The notes beneath the pieces were generated by a model. That model was given only the letters and a program-made list of their open reading frames with translations, ran no database searches and was not told the DNA's origin. A program made the translations under genes and the position numbers. DNA of 64,000 bases from Chromatiaceae bacterium (lineage in GTDB: Bacteria; Pseudomonadota; Gammaproteobacteria; Chromatiales; Chromatiaceae), in assembly GCA_024235395.1 (NCBI GenBank), contig JACKMK010000001.1:58445-122444 (forward strand). The letters run 5' to 3'. This document shows positions 52,934 to 63,352 of this stretch, one piece after another (positions within the stretch are counted from its first letter, which is position 1; each line of letters begins with the position of its first letter).

Positions 52934-54448
52934 ATGTCAGCCATGAAAACGATCTTTTCCGCCGCCCTGGCCACCGGCCTGGGCATCACCGCCAGCGGGC
53001 TGGCGCTGGGTGCGAGCCACAGCGACGCACCGCTGATCAAACAGGACCCACAGGCCAATCTCACCGACGTCTACGCCTTTGTCGGTACGCGCTACGACGA
53101 TCCCGACGAACAGGTATTGAACGTGATCGCCAACGTGCGGCCTTTCTCGGAACCCGGTGACGGCGTGATCTACGACCGCTTCGCGGACGATGCACTGTAC
53201 AGCATCCACATCACCAACCCGGTCAGTGGCGAGACCCAGATGCGTTACGACTTTCGTTTCTCTTCGGTCACCGACGGTTACAAGAATCGCGACACGATAC
53301 TTTCCTACGGCCTTGGAACCGAGGTCGGACCCATCCAACAGGTCGGTGACGCGCGCCAGAACTATACCCAGCGCTATGCCGTCACACGCACGACCGGCAA
53401 GCGTTCCCGCCTGATCGCCCGTGGCCTGCTGACACCGCCACCGAACGTCGGCGGCAACACGACACCGGCATACAACGACCCGGACGGCGCTGCCGTCTCA
53501 GGCGCGCCGGACCTAGACGGGCTGGACGACTACACGCGTCAGACCATCTACGACGCCACGACCGGCGAGTCCGTGTTTGCCGGTCCCCGTGAAGACGGGT
53601 TCTTTGCAGACACGCCGGCCATCTTCGACCTTCTGGACCTGCGCATTCTCGACAACAACGGCACCCTCGCCGACGGCCTTGGCCAGGACGGCGATGGCGT
53701 CGACGGGTTCAAGGGATTCAACGTGCTGACCTACGCGATACAGATTCCGCTGCGCGACCTGCAGCCCATGCCCTACACGGCTGCCTTCGCCGACCTGGGT
53801 GACAGCCCATTGCCTGCCGTTTCCCAGGCCACCGGCGTCGGGGTGTACGCCTCGGTGAGCCGCAAACGCATCCGCGTACTGCGCACCGACCGGGAGGCGT
53901 TCGACGCCGGTCCCTGGGTACAGGTCAATCGCCTGGGAAATCCGCTGTTCAACGAGGTGCTGGTCGCGCTGAAGGACAAGGACCGCTACAACCGCAGCGA
54001 ACCGACGAAAGACGCCCTGCTGTTCGGCCGGTATGCGAGTAACCCCGAGATCGCCTCCCTGATCAATACCGTGTTCGGCACCGCCTTTGCCGACACCGGG
54101 CGCAACGACCTGGCGCTGGTCTATCTGCCTGACGTGATCCGGGTCGATACCACGACCGGGCCGGTCACGCTGGCTGGGCAGGCAGGGTTCAGTCGACTCG
54201 GGTTTGTCGGCGGCGACGTCGCCACGGCCGCGGATGGCCACGTGATGTCGAGCGGCTGGCCGAACGGTCGACGGCTGGGTGACGACGTCGTGGATATTGC
54301 GTTGACCGCGGTTGCCAGCGGCCCAGGCTATTCCCCGGTTACGCTCGTGGGTGACAACAGCGACACGAACGACCAGCTTTACCATCAGGTGTTTCCGTAT
54401 GCGGCAACGCCGCATGCAGGCCCGAGCAACCTCAAGGACTCGCTGTAG
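52934..54448 (+). CDS. DUF4331 domain protein
   Basis: ASHSDAP, DVYAF, FAGPREDGFFAD, QVNRLGNPLFNE, GWPNGRRLGDDVVD. Confidence 0.9.
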   Translation: MSAMKTIFSAALATGLGITASGLALGASHSDAPLIKQDPQANLTDVYAFVGTRYDDPDEQVLNVIANVRPFSEPGDGVIYDRFADDALYSIHITNPVSGETQMRYDFRFSSVTDGYKNRDTILSYGLGTEVGPIQQVGDARQNYTQRYAVTRTTGKRSRLIARGLLTPPPNVGGNTTPAYNDPDGAAVSGAPDLDGLDDYTRQTIYDATTGESVFAGPREDGFFADTPAIFDLLDLRILDNNGTLADGLGQDGDGVDGFKGFNVLTYAIQIPLRDLQPMPYTAAFADLGDSPLPAVSQATGVGVYASVSRKRIRVLRTDREAFDAGPWVQVNRLGNPLFNEVLVALKDKDRYNRSEPTKDALLFGRYASNPEIASLINTVFGTAFADTGRNDLALVYLPDVIRVDTTTGPVTLAGQAGFSRLGFVGGDVATAADGHVMSSGWPNGRRLGDDVVDIALTAVASGPGYSPVTLVGDNSDTNDQLYHQVFPYAATPHAGPSNLKDSL

Positions 54449-54516
54449 TCGCTGCCGGGGAGGCAAATGGTGAAGCGGGCCAGCACTCAATCCGATCGGC
54501 GACATCAGGGAAGGCG

Positions 54517-55128
54517 GTGAATACCTCGACACACCCCAATGAATCCGAGAAACGCCCGCCGGTCGGAGCGAGTCGCGGGCCGGACGACAATCTGCAGGCC
54601 ACGCTGGCCGGTTGGCTGGTGCGGGTCGCCGCAGACCGCGACCGCGATGCCTTCGACTGTCTGTTCAACCATTTTTGTCCGCGCCTGTACAATTTCATGC
54701 GACGTGCCGGGCTCGGCGAGGCGGAGGCGGAAGACCTGGTCCAGGAAACGATGGTCAGGATCTGGACAAAAGCGCACCAATACCGTTCGACGGTCGGGTC
54801 CGTGAGCACCTGGGTATATACCATCGCGCGCAACCTGCGTGTCGACAACGCGCGCAGCAAGGTCGGCGGCATCTCCTGGTGCTCCTGCGAAGAGGTGATG
54901 GAAGCGCCACTACCGACCGATGGCGAGACGCAGGTCGATGCACTGATGCTCCTCGACCGCGTCGGCCAACTTTCACCCGAGCAACTCACCGTGATCGAAC
55001 TCGCCTACCTGGACGGACTTTCGCAGTCCGAGATCAGTTCCCGCCTGAAGGTACCGCTGGGTACCGTGAAATCGCGGATCCGCCTCGCCTTCCAGACACT
55101 GCGCCATGCGCTAGGTGTTGCGTCATGA
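54517..55128 (+). CDS. ECF sigma factor (RpoE/ECF11-like)
   Basis: DRDAFDCLFNHFCPRL, STWVYTIARNLRVD, GTVKSRIR. Confidence 0.9.
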   Translation: MNTSTHPNESEKRPPVGASRGPDDNLQATLAGWLVRVAADRDRDAFDCLFNHFCPRLYNFMRRAGLGEAEAEDLVQETMVRIWTKAHQYRSTVGSVSTWVYTIARNLRVDNARSKVGGISWCSCEEVMEAPLPTDGETQVDALMLLDRVGQLSPEQLTVIELAYLDGLSQSEISSRLKVPLGTVKSRIRLAFQTLRHALGVAS

Positions 55129-55793
55129 ACATCACTCACCATATCAGCGTCGAAACCTTGCTGGCCTATTCCGCCGGCACCCTGCAAGCCCCCCTGGCGC
55201 TGGTCGTAAGCGTGCACCTGAGAATGTGCGACCAGTGCAGAACGCGCCACGCGGACGCACTGGGTATCGGTGGAGCGATGCTCGAGGGCCTGGGTGGCCC
55301 ACGGATGCCGTCGGCGGGCCTGGAGCGTTGCCGCGTCGGGATCAGGGAGCGTCTCGATCAGGCTGAGTCGTCAACAGCGGCCGCAGCCACGGATCACGGC
55401 GGCGGTACGCGCGACCCCCTGCTCCGCCAGCTGCCGACACTGCCCGATCGCCTGCGCTGGCGGCCACTGACACGCGGTATACAGCAGGTCGCCGTGGCCA
55501 TGCCGGGCCATCGCGGCAATGGTTGGGTGCGCCTGTTCCGCTTTCAACCGGGGGTGCGCGTGCCACATCACGGTCATCATGCCGAAGAGTTTTCTCTGGT
55601 CCTGCAGGGTTCCTATGTGGATGCGATCGGCCGCTACTCGGTTGGCGACCTGGCGGAACTGGATGGCAGGATCCGTCACGAGCCCGCCGTCGACAGCGTG
55701 GTCCCCTGCATCGCACTGATCGGGTCGACGGCCGGCGTGGACTTCGACCGCCCGCTGCTACGGACTGTTTCGCGGATTATCGGCATCGGTTAG
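55125..55793 (+). CDS. chrR: ChrR-family anti-sigma factor (zinc anti-sigma domain plus cupin)
   Basis: HLRMCDQC (HxxxCxxC), cupin H.H...E...VL.G; overlaps the sigma stop. Confidence 0.88.
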   Translation: MNITHHISVETLLAYSAGTLQAPLALVVSVHLRMCDQCRTRHADALGIGGAMLEGLGGPRMPSAGLERCRVGIRERLDQAESSTAAAATDHGGGTRDPLLRQLPTLPDRLRWRPLTRGIQQVAVAMPGHRGNGWVRLFRFQPGVRVPHHGHHAEEFSLVLQGSYVDAIGRYSVGDLAELDGRIRHEPAVDSVVPCIALIGSTAGVDFDRPLLRTVSRIIGIG

Positions 55794-55811
55794 CAGCGGC
55801 TCGAACCCCGT

Positions 55812-56192
55812 TCAGCGACCCGGCGCCCTGGGGAAGCGATTCAGTTGATATTGCTGCTGCAGACGAAAGTTGCGCTGCAGGCCGATCGCCTCCGGGCCCG
55901 ACCGCCACCACGGCTGGTAGCGTGCACGTTCATGCTGCAACAGCAGTGCACGGCGCTGCTGTTCCTGGAGGCGGCGCTGCGCCGACAACTGGTCACGATC
56001 GGCCTGCCGCCGTGCGATCTCCTCCGTCAACGTCTCGGCGGCATCCGGGTCGCGCTGGATACGCTCCAGGACCTGCTCATTGGCACGATTGAGTTGCATG
56101 AGTTCGGCGGTGCCGCTCTGCTGGACCTCACCCCCGACTGCCGGCATGGCGCCGGCCAGGATGAGTGTCTTCAACAACGTGCGTAGAGTCAT
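55812..56192 (-). CDS. Small secreted Gln/Arg-rich hypothetical protein
   Basis: Signal-like N-terminus followed by a coiled region. Confidence 0.5.
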   Translation of the reverse strand: MTLRTLLKTLILAGAMPAVGGEVQQSGTAELMQLNRANEQVLERIQRDPDAAETLTEEIARRQADRDQLSAQRRLQEQQRRALLLQHERARYQPWWRSGPEAIGLQRNFRLQQQYQLNRFPRAPGR

Positions 56193-56266
56193 GGTCCCGC
56201 GATCCGAGCTGACTTGATCAACCTTTGAGACAACCCTCACCCGCAATGGTTGCAGCCGGGCCGCGC

Positions 56267-57889
56267 TCAGACGCCGGTCCGGGCGTCCTCGCGCAGCATC
56301 GCCGCCGCCTTCTCGGCGATCATGATGGTCGGCGCATTCGTGTTGCCGGAGGTCAGGGTCGGCATGATCGATGCGTCGATCACGCGCAGGCCATCCACCC
56401 CGTGCACCCGCAGGCGGTCGTCGACCACCGACATCGCATCCTGGCCCATCTTGCAGGTACCGACCGGATGGAAGATGGTGGTCCCGAGGTCACCGGCGGC
56501 ATCGATGAGTGCACCATCGCTGTCCACCGCGGCACCCGGCTTCCATTCGATCGGCGAATACCGGCGAAGCGCCTCGGCGGCCATGATCCGGCGCGTGAAG
56601 CGCATCGCGTCGATCGCCACCCGACGGTCCTCGTCGGTGGACATGTAGTTCACGAAGATCTCCGGATGTATCCGCTGTTCAGGGGACGCGATGCGCACGT
56701 GTCCGCGGCTGCTGGGTCGCAGGTTGCACACCGACGGGGTGATGGCGGGAAACCGGTGCAGGGGCTCGCCGAAGCGGTCGAGGCTCAGCGGCTGTACGTG
56801 CCACTCGATGTTCGGTGTCGCATAGGCCCCGCTGCTGTAGGCGAAGGCACCGAGCTGGCTGGGAGCCATGGTCAGGGGACCACTGCGAAACAGCAGGTAC
56901 TCAAGCCCCATCCGCGCCTTGCCCCACAGGCTGTTGGCGGCCTGGTTCAGGGTCTCGACCCCGTGGACCTTGAACACCATGCGGATCTGCAGATGATCCT
57001 GCAGGTTTTCGCCGACCCCCGGAAGCGCATGCCGCACGGCGATATCGTGCCGGCGCAACAGGTCCGCGGGACCAATTCCAGAGAGCTGCAAGAGCTGCGG
57101 AGAACCGATCGCGCCGGCAGACAGCACCACCGCGCGCCGCGCATCGACGCGCTGGACCTCGGAGCCGGCGATACGCAACTCGACGCCGCTCGCACGCAAA
57201 CCACGCTCTGAATGTTCGAAGCGGACACGTTGCACCTCGGTATCGGTCCACACCTCGAGATTGTCACGGCCCCGTACCGGTTCGATGAACGCCTGATGGG
57301 TGTTCTGCCGCCGGCCACGATGCTGATTGACCTGGAAATAGGCACAGCCGAAGTTGTCGCCGCGGTTGAAATCACTGACCTTGGGAATGCCGCACTGTTC
57401 AGCCGCATCCCGCCAGGCGTCGAGGATCTCCCAGTCGACCCGACGCTCCTCGACACATACCTCGCCCTGGTCGCCGTGCAAGGCATCGGCGCCGTGTACA
57501 TAGCGCTCGCTGGCCTTGAAGTACGGCAGGACGCTGTTCCAGTCCCAGCCCCGGTTGCCAAGGCCCGCCCATTCGTCGTAGTCGCGCGGCTGACCGCGCA
57601 TGTAGATCATCGCATTGATCGACGAGCAGCCGCCGAGCACCCGACCACGCGCGTAGTGCAGCGAACGCCCGTTGAGTCCGGGGTCGGGACGCGTCTTGTA
57701 ACACCAGTCGGTGCGCGGATTGTTGATCGTATACAGGTAGCCGACCGGGATATGGATCCAGAAGTAGTTGTCGGCGCCGCCCGCCTCGAGCAGCAACACG
57801 CGCAAGTTACGGTCCGCCGACAGCCGGTTGGCCAGCAGGCAGCCGGCCGAGCCGGCACCGACGATCACGTAGTCGAACACCTGTTGCAT
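56267..57889 (-). CDS. GMC family oxidoreductase (choline dehydrogenase-like)
   Basis: GAGSAG, RGRVLGGCSSINAM, FHPVGTCKMG, GNTNAPTIM. Confidence 0.93.
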   Translation of the reverse strand: MQQVFDYVIVGAGSAGCLLANRLSADRNLRVLLLEAGGADNYFWIHIPVGYLYTINNPRTDWCYKTRPDPGLNGRSLHYARGRVLGGCSSINAMIYMRGQPRDYDEWAGLGNRGWDWNSVLPYFKASERYVHGADALHGDQGEVCVEERRVDWEILDAWRDAAEQCGIPKVSDFNRGDNFGCAYFQVNQHRGRRQNTHQAFIEPVRGRDNLEVWTDTEVQRVRFEHSERGLRASGVELRIAGSEVQRVDARRAVVLSAGAIGSPQLLQLSGIGPADLLRRHDIAVRHALPGVGENLQDHLQIRMVFKVHGVETLNQAANSLWGKARMGLEYLLFRSGPLTMAPSQLGAFAYSSGAYATPNIEWHVQPLSLDRFGEPLHRFPAITPSVCNLRPSSRGHVRIASPEQRIHPEIFVNYMSTDEDRRVAIDAMRFTRRIMAAEALRRYSPIEWKPGAAVDSDGALIDAAGDLGTTIFHPVGTCKMGQDAMSVVDDRLRVHGVDGLRVIDASIMPTLTSGNTNAPTIMIAEKAAAMLREDARTGV

Positions 57890-57997
57890 CAGACGAGTCC
57901 TGTCGGTGCGATATATCGGGCCGTACGACACGGCGCCGCCTGCACCAGAAGATAGCAAACCGCAGCCGGCGCAGTCGCTCGGCCGGACCCGCTGCGC

Positions 57998-59833
57998 CTA
58001 AACCGCCTCCCCGTCCGCCTGCGCGTACGCCGAGATCGCCTCCAGGAAGGCCTCACCGTACTTGCTGAGCTTGTGCTGTCCAACACCGTTGATCTCAAGC
58101 AGCGCGTCTTCGCTCATCGGCTTTTCGCGCGCCATCTGCATCAGTGTCGCGTCCCCGAAAACGATATACGGTGGCTTGCCTTCCACATCGGCGAGACGTT
58201 TGCGGACACGCCTCAACGCATCGAACAGCACCGTATCGTAGCTACCTTCGGCTCGCTCTTTGCGCCCAGCGCGGACGCGACCCTCGTCGCGAATCCGTGG
58301 TCGCGCCAATGCGAGACGAACCTCGCCCCGCAGCAGCGGCCGGGCCGCAGGCGTCAACCGCAGCACCGAATAGTTCGCGATGTCCTGCTCCAGGTAGCCG
58401 TGATGTATCAACTGACGCAGGATCGACGTCCATTCATGCACGCCCCTGTCGCTGCCAATGCCGAACGTCGAAAGCTCGGTGTGTCCCAAGGTACGCACCC
58501 GCTCCGTATCGGCGCCACGCAACACGTCGATGACGTGCCGAATGCCAAATCGCTGACCGACGCGATAGACGCAGGACAATGCCTTCTGCGCATCGGTCGT
58601 CGCGTCGAAACGCTCCGGCGGGTCGGTACAGACGTCGCAGTTGCCACAGTCCTCGGCCAGCTGTTCGCCGAAGTAGCCGAGCAGCACCCGGCGCCGGCAG
58701 GTCACCGACTCGGCCAGTGCGACCATGGCGTTCAGTTTGTGCAGTTCGACGCGCTGCTGCACCGCGCTTTCGTTGCCCTCGATCAGCCGTCGCGCGGTGA
58801 CCACGTCCTGTGCTCCGTACAGCAGCAACGCCTCGGACGGCAGTCCGTCACGGCCCGCACGGCCGGTTTCCTGGTAATAGCCCTCGATATGCTTTGGCAG
58901 GTCGAAGTGCACGACGAACCGGACATTGGGCTTGTCGATGCCCATGCCGAATGCAACCGTGGCCACCACGACATCGACCTCATCCCGAAGGAACCGATCC
59001 TGAACCTGTTCCCGCGTACCACTGGGCATGCCGGCATGATAGGCCGCGGCGCGTACGCCCTCCGCGGCGAGCTTGTGAGCGACTTCCTCGACGCGTTTTC
59101 GCGACAATGCGTAGACGATGCCGGCCTGATCTTGATGCTCCGTCACAAAACGCAAAAGCTGCTCGAACGGCTTGTGCTTGTCGAGCACGCGATACCGGAT
59201 GTTTGGGCGATCGAAACCACTTACGTAGTGCGCGGCCGTCTCGAGTCGCAGGACGCGCACGATGTCTTGCCGTGTCTGTGCATCGGCAGTTGCCGTGAGC
59301 GCAACCAGGGGAACCTCCGGGAACCGGTCGCGCACGCTGCCGAGCGCCGCATACTCCGGTCGGAAATCGTGTCCCCACTGGGAGACGCAATGCGCCTCGT
59401 CGATCGCGAACAACCCGATGTGGACTTCCTGGAGGCGCTCCAGGAATCCGTCGGACAAGAGCCGTTCCGGACTGACGTACAGCAGGTCGAGTTCACCGGC
59501 ATGCAGGCGCGCCAACACCTCGCGTGCGCCACGCTCATCCTGGCTCGAGTTGTAGAACGCCGCGGCAACGCCGTTGGCGTTCAGTGCGTCGACCTGGTCC
59601 TTCATCAACGACAGCAGCGGCGAAACGACGATACCCACACCGGCCCGGTGCAATGCCGGGATCTGGTAGCACAGCGATTTTCCGCCGCCGGTCGGCATCA
59701 GTACGAAGGCGTCCCGGCCTGAGATCAGATCTTCGACAATCGATTGTTGATGCGGTCGGAACGCGGTGTAGCCGAACACGTCGCCGAGGGTTTGCTGGAT
59801 CGTCGAGCGAGCTTTCGAACGGCTACCCGTCAT
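57998..59833 (-). CDS. recQ: ATP-dependent DNA helicase RecQ
   Basis: [36 protein letters not shown] and HRDC domains. Confidence 0.97.
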   Translation of the reverse strand: MTGSRSKARSTIQQTLGDVFGYTAFRPHQQSIVEDLISGRDAFVLMPTGGGKSLCYQIPALHRAGVGIVVSPLLSLMKDQVDALNANGVAAAFYNSSQDERGAREVLARLHAGELDLLYVSPERLLSDGFLERLQEVHIGLFAIDEAHCVSQWGHDFRPEYAALGSVRDRFPEVPLVALTATADAQTRQDIVRVLRLETAAHYVSGFDRPNIRYRVLDKHKPFEQLLRFVTEHQDQAGIVYALSRKRVEEVAHKLAAEGVRAAAYHAGMPSGTREQVQDRFLRDEVDVVVATVAFGMGIDKPNVRFVVHFDLPKHIEGYYQETGRAGRDGLPSEALLLYGAQDVVTARRLIEGNESAVQQRVELHKLNAMVALAESVTCRRRVLLGYFGEQLAEDCGNCDVCTDPPERFDATTDAQKALSCVYRVGQRFGIRHVIDVLRGADTERVRTLGHTELSTFGIGSDRGVHEWTSILRQLIHHGYLEQDIANYSVLRLTPAARPLLRGEVRLALARPRIRDEGRVRAGRKERAEGSYDTVLFDALRRVRKRLADVEGKPPYIVFGDATLMQMAREKPMSEDALLEINGVGQHKLSKYGEAFLEAISAYAQADGEAV

Positions 59834-59906
59834 CGGCCGTACCCTGACCGGCGAAGGTCGGATGGTCGGCGATGTCTGCAATGGTGGAAATCGATCGCTG
59901 CCGTCA

Positions 59907-61244
59907 TCACAGGTAACGCAGGTAGATGTACAGGCTGCTGACCGCGATCCCGAGGATCATCAGCGGAAACGCCGCGAGGGTGAAGGCGAGAAATCCGATC
60001 GGCTGCTGCGATCGCTCGGCAAATCCGGCAACAATGAGATTGGCACTGGCGCCGACAAGGGAGCCGTTGCCGCCGAGGCAGGCTCCGAGCGCCAGCGACC
60101 ACCACAACGGCATCAGGTTCTCGGCACCGCCGAATGTCGGTGCCATCGACTTGATCAGGGGAATCGTCGTCGCGACGAAAGGAATGTTGTCTACGACTGC
60201 CGAAGCGACTGCAGAGCCCCATAAGATTGCCATCGCCGTCACGGTGAGGTCACCACCCGTCAGGCGCAGAATGCCCTCGGCCAGCATCGTCAGCAGACCG
60301 GTTCTCTCGAGGGCATGCACCACCACGAACAGGCCGACGAAAAAGAAGATCGTCACCCATTCGACCTCGGCAAAGGTCGCGTGTACCGACTTGGTCTGTG
60401 CGGCGGCATGCCTGCCGAGGTTATCCAACAGCAGGAGCAGAGCTGCACCGGCGAGCGCTATCGTCGATGGCTGCTTGTCGATGAAATGCGACAGAGCAAA
60501 ACCGAGAATGACCAGTGCCAGCACGGCCAACGACTTGATCAACAGCACCTTGTCGGTGATGGCCTCACGTTCTTTGTAGTTCATCACGCGTTGCCGGCTT
60601 TCGTCGCTCGCATGCAGATGGCGCCCCCAGATCCAGTACACCGGCACCATCGTGACCAGCATGACGATCACAGCCGCGGGTGCCGTGTGAACGATGAAAT
60701 CGTTGAAGCTCAGTCCCACAGAAGACCCGATCATGATGTTGGGCGGATCACCGATCAGCGTTGCAGCCCCCCCGATGTTCGATGCAAATATCTCGACAAA
60801 AAGGTACGGATAGGCCTTGACACCGAGTGCCTCGGTGATGAGCAGCGTGACCGGAGCGATCAACAGTACCGTCGTGACATTGTCCAGCAAGGCCGACAGC
60901 ACCGCGGTGACCAGCGACAGCATCAGCAGTATGCCCCAGGGTTGCGCCTTGACCTTTTTCGCCGACCATACCGCCAGGTACTGAAACACGCCGGAACGAC
61001 GCGTGATCGCGACGATCACCATCATCCCGGTCAACAGGCCAATGGTGTTGAAATCGACCCCGTCGACCGCGTGCTGTTCGCTGATCACCCCGGCGAGCAC
61101 CATGATTGCAGCCGCACTGGTCGCGACGATCGCGCGATTGATGCGTTCGCTCATGATCAACGCGTAGGTCACCACGAACAGGCTGCCCGCAAACCAAACG
61201 GGGTCCCAGCCGAAGATCAACTGAGGTGTATCGACTGCGTGCAT
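59907..61244 (-). CDS. ArsB/NhaD (ion transporter superfamily) permease
   Basis: [35 protein letters not shown]. Confidence 0.9.
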   Translation of the reverse strand: MHAVDTPQLIFGWDPVWFAGSLFVVTYALIMSERINRAIVATSAAAIMVLAGVISEQHAVDGVDFNTIGLLTGMMVIVAITRRSGVFQYLAVWSAKKVKAQPWGILLMLSLVTAVLSALLDNVTTVLLIAPVTLLITEALGVKAYPYLFVEIFASNIGGAATLIGDPPNIMIGSSVGLSFNDFIVHTAPAAVIVMLVTMVPVYWIWGRHLHASDESRQRVMNYKEREAITDKVLLIKSLAVLALVILGFALSHFIDKQPSTIALAGAALLLLLDNLGRHAAAQTKSVHATFAEVEWVTIFFFVGLFVVVHALERTGLLTMLAEGILRLTGGDLTVTAMAILWGSAVASAVVDNIPFVATTIPLIKSMAPTFGGAENLMPLWWSLALGACLGGNGSLVGASANLIVAGFAERSQQPIGFLAFTLAAFPLMILGIAVSSLYIYLRYL

Positions 61245-61245
61245 G

Positions 61246-61704
61246 TCAGTCCTCCTGCTCGAGAATGCGCCTACCGACATCCCAGTAGGAGATCATCCCC
61301 ACCAGGCGGCAGGTGCCCGGCTCGACGACCGGCACGCTGGCGCGAGTGCGATAGAGCGCAAGCAGGGTCTCCACCAGCGGCGTATCCGGATTTACGGCGA
61401 CCGCCTCGTCGTTCATGAACGCGCGCACCGGCTGTTGCTCCACGCCAGCCAGCCGGCGTCGCAGGTCATGTAGGTCGTCGGATACGAAAGGCGCGGTGGT
61501 CAGTCCCTTCTCCAGGATGACCGCGGGCGGCAACACCATTTTCAGCAGCACGTTGACGCCGAAGACGCCCAGGTAGCAGCCGTCTTCGTCCACCACCGGC
61601 AGACTGCGGTAGCGGTGTTGCATAATGATTTCAATCGCTTTCGCCACCGTTTCGTCGGCGCGCATCACCGACGGATGGGGGTCCATGACCAGTCTGGCCG
61701 TCAT
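61246..61704 (-). CDS. CBS domain pair protein
   Basis: RSLPVVDEDG and SVPVVE...LVGMIS. Confidence 0.88.
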   Translation of the reverse strand: MTARLVMDPHPSVMRADETVAKAIEIIMQHRYRSLPVVDEDGCYLGVFGVNVLLKMVLPPAVILEKGLTTAPFVSDDLHDLRRRLAGVEQQPVRAFMNDEAVAVNPDTPLVETLLALYRTRASVPVVEPGTCRLVGMISYWDVGRRILEQED

Positions 61705-62003
61705 CGTTGCTTCCCTCCGGCAACCGGTCACCCGGGGCACCCACTATGCCTCTTTACTTTGCCCGGTTTCCGCTACAATAGTAACGGACAAATACGGCGG
61801 CAGCGGTTGTTTGAACGGCCCGCCAGCCAGGGCACGCTTGGCCGGCCTCCTGGCAATTAACCTGAGTCAATGCGAACGGGACCCCAAGTATCCGGGGCGG
61901 ACGTGTTGCGCCGATGTTGAGGAGCGGCTGCGTTGCATCGATCGGACCACGCACGGTATCGGCTTGAATTGAGGCAGGCTGGCACTGAGGGGACATCCCT
62001 GCG

Positions 62004-62501
62004 TTGAACAACCCAAAGGTCTTCGTCAATCTCTGGTTGACCCTGATGGCGATCTGGCTGATCGCCAACGCCTCGCTGCAGTTCCAGGTCGTCGCAAGCG
62101 GCGTGCTGCTCGCGACGTTGCTCAGTCTGGTGATGGTGCGATTCAGCGCCGCCTATGCAGAAGTGAATCTCACGCCGAGGGCGCTGCTGTATTATCTGCG
62201 CTACCTGGCCGTGTTCACCTGGGAGCTGATCCGCGCGAACCTGAATGTCGCGCGACTGGTGTTTTCGCCGCGCATCGACATCCACCCGGGCATCGTCGAG
62301 ATCAAGACCAATCTGAAGACGCGCACCGGACGCCTGGTGCTCGCCAACTCGATCACGCTGACTCCCGGCACCCTGGTGGTCGATATCCGTGACGACACCC
62401 TGTTCGTGCACTGGATCGACGTGCAGAGCGTCGATCCGGAGGCCGCGACGCGGGCGATTGCGGCGCGCTTCGAACGTTACCTGAGCGTGATCTATGGCTG
62501 A
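62004..62501 (+). CDS. mnhE: Na+/H+ antiporter subunit E
   Basis: LANSITLTPGTL. Confidence 0.9.
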   Translation: MNNPKVFVNLWLTLMAIWLIANASLQFQVVASGVLLATLLSLVMVRFSAAYAEVNLTPRALLYYLRYLAVFTWELIRANLNVARLVFSPRIDIHPGIVEIKTNLKTRTGRLVLANSITLTPGTLVVDIRDDTLFVHWIDVQSVDPEAATRAIAARFERYLSVIYG

Positions 62502-62754
62502 CCTGGTACTGAATCTCGCCTTCGTGCTGATTGGCTTCGCCATCCTGTTCGGCGTCATCCGACTGGTAAAAGGCGAAACCGAGACCGACCGGATCATTGC
62601 CGTCGATTTGATCACCATCGTCTGCATGTCGGTGATCGTGCTGCTCGCCCACCTGTCGGAACGGTTCATTTATGTCGATGTCGCGATCGTGTACGGTCTG
62701 TTGAGTTTTCTGGGGGTACTGGCGGTGGCGCGTTATCTCGAGCGAGGCATCTGA
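62494..62754 (+). CDS. mnhF: Na+/H+ antiporter subunit F
   Basis: DRIIAVD...YVDVAIVYGLLSFLG. Confidence 0.88.
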   Translation: MADLVLNLAFVLIGFAILFGVIRLVKGETETDRIIAVDLITIVCMSVIVLLAHLSERFIYVDVAIVYGLLSFLGVLAVARYLERGI

Positions 62755-63014
62755 TGGATCCGACGCTGTTGCTGACCCTGCTTCTTTGTGCCGGGATCCT
62801 GGTCGGGGGCATCGCGGCCGTCAGCCTCGGCAACGTGGTCAGCGCAGTGATTGCCGCGGGCCTGACCAGCCTGTTCGCCTCGGTGACCTACGTGATCCTG
62901 TCTGCGCCGGACGTCGCGATGACCGAGGCGTCGATCGGCAGCGGCCTGTCCACCGCGATCTTTCTGTACGCGATCAACCGCACGCGTCGCCGGGAGCGCG
63001 AAGACGATGATTGA
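62754..63014 (+). CDS. DUF4040 (MnhB-associated) subunit
   Basis: LSAPDVAMTEASIGSGL. Confidence 0.85.
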   Translation: MDPTLLLTLLLCAGILVGGIAAVSLGNVVSAVIAAGLTSLFASVTYVILSAPDVAMTEASIGSGLSTAIFLYAINRTRRREREDDD

Positions 63015-63342
63015 GCTGCTCGGCAATCTGGTGATCCTCGGCGGCGCGGTCTTTCTGTTCGCAGCCGGACTCGGTGTGCTGCGCATGCCGGACAGCTACA
63101 ACCGCATCCAGACCGGCACCAAGGCATCGACGCTGGGCACCATTTTGGTGCTCATCGGCCTGTGTTTCCACCATCCCGACTGGATCGGGAAGATGCTTCT
63201 GCTGGTGTTTTTCGTGCTGTTGACCAACCCGATCTCCTCGCACGCCCTGGCACGCGCTTCGCATAGTCGGCGAATACCACGCAGCGAGAAGACCGTCGTC
63301 GACCGGCTCGAAGAGTTGGAAAACCGCGTGGAAGAGGTATAG
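63007..63342 (+). CDS. mnhG: Na+/H+ antiporter subunit G
   Basis: RMPDSYNRIQTGTKASTLG, LTNPISSHAL. Confidence 0.9.
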   Translation: MIELLGNLVILGGAVFLFAAGLGVLRMPDSYNRIQTGTKASTLGTILVLIGLCFHHPDWIGKMLLLVFFVLLTNPISSHALARASHSRRIPRSEKTVVDRLEELENRVEEV

Positions 63343-63352
63343 ACACCCCGAC

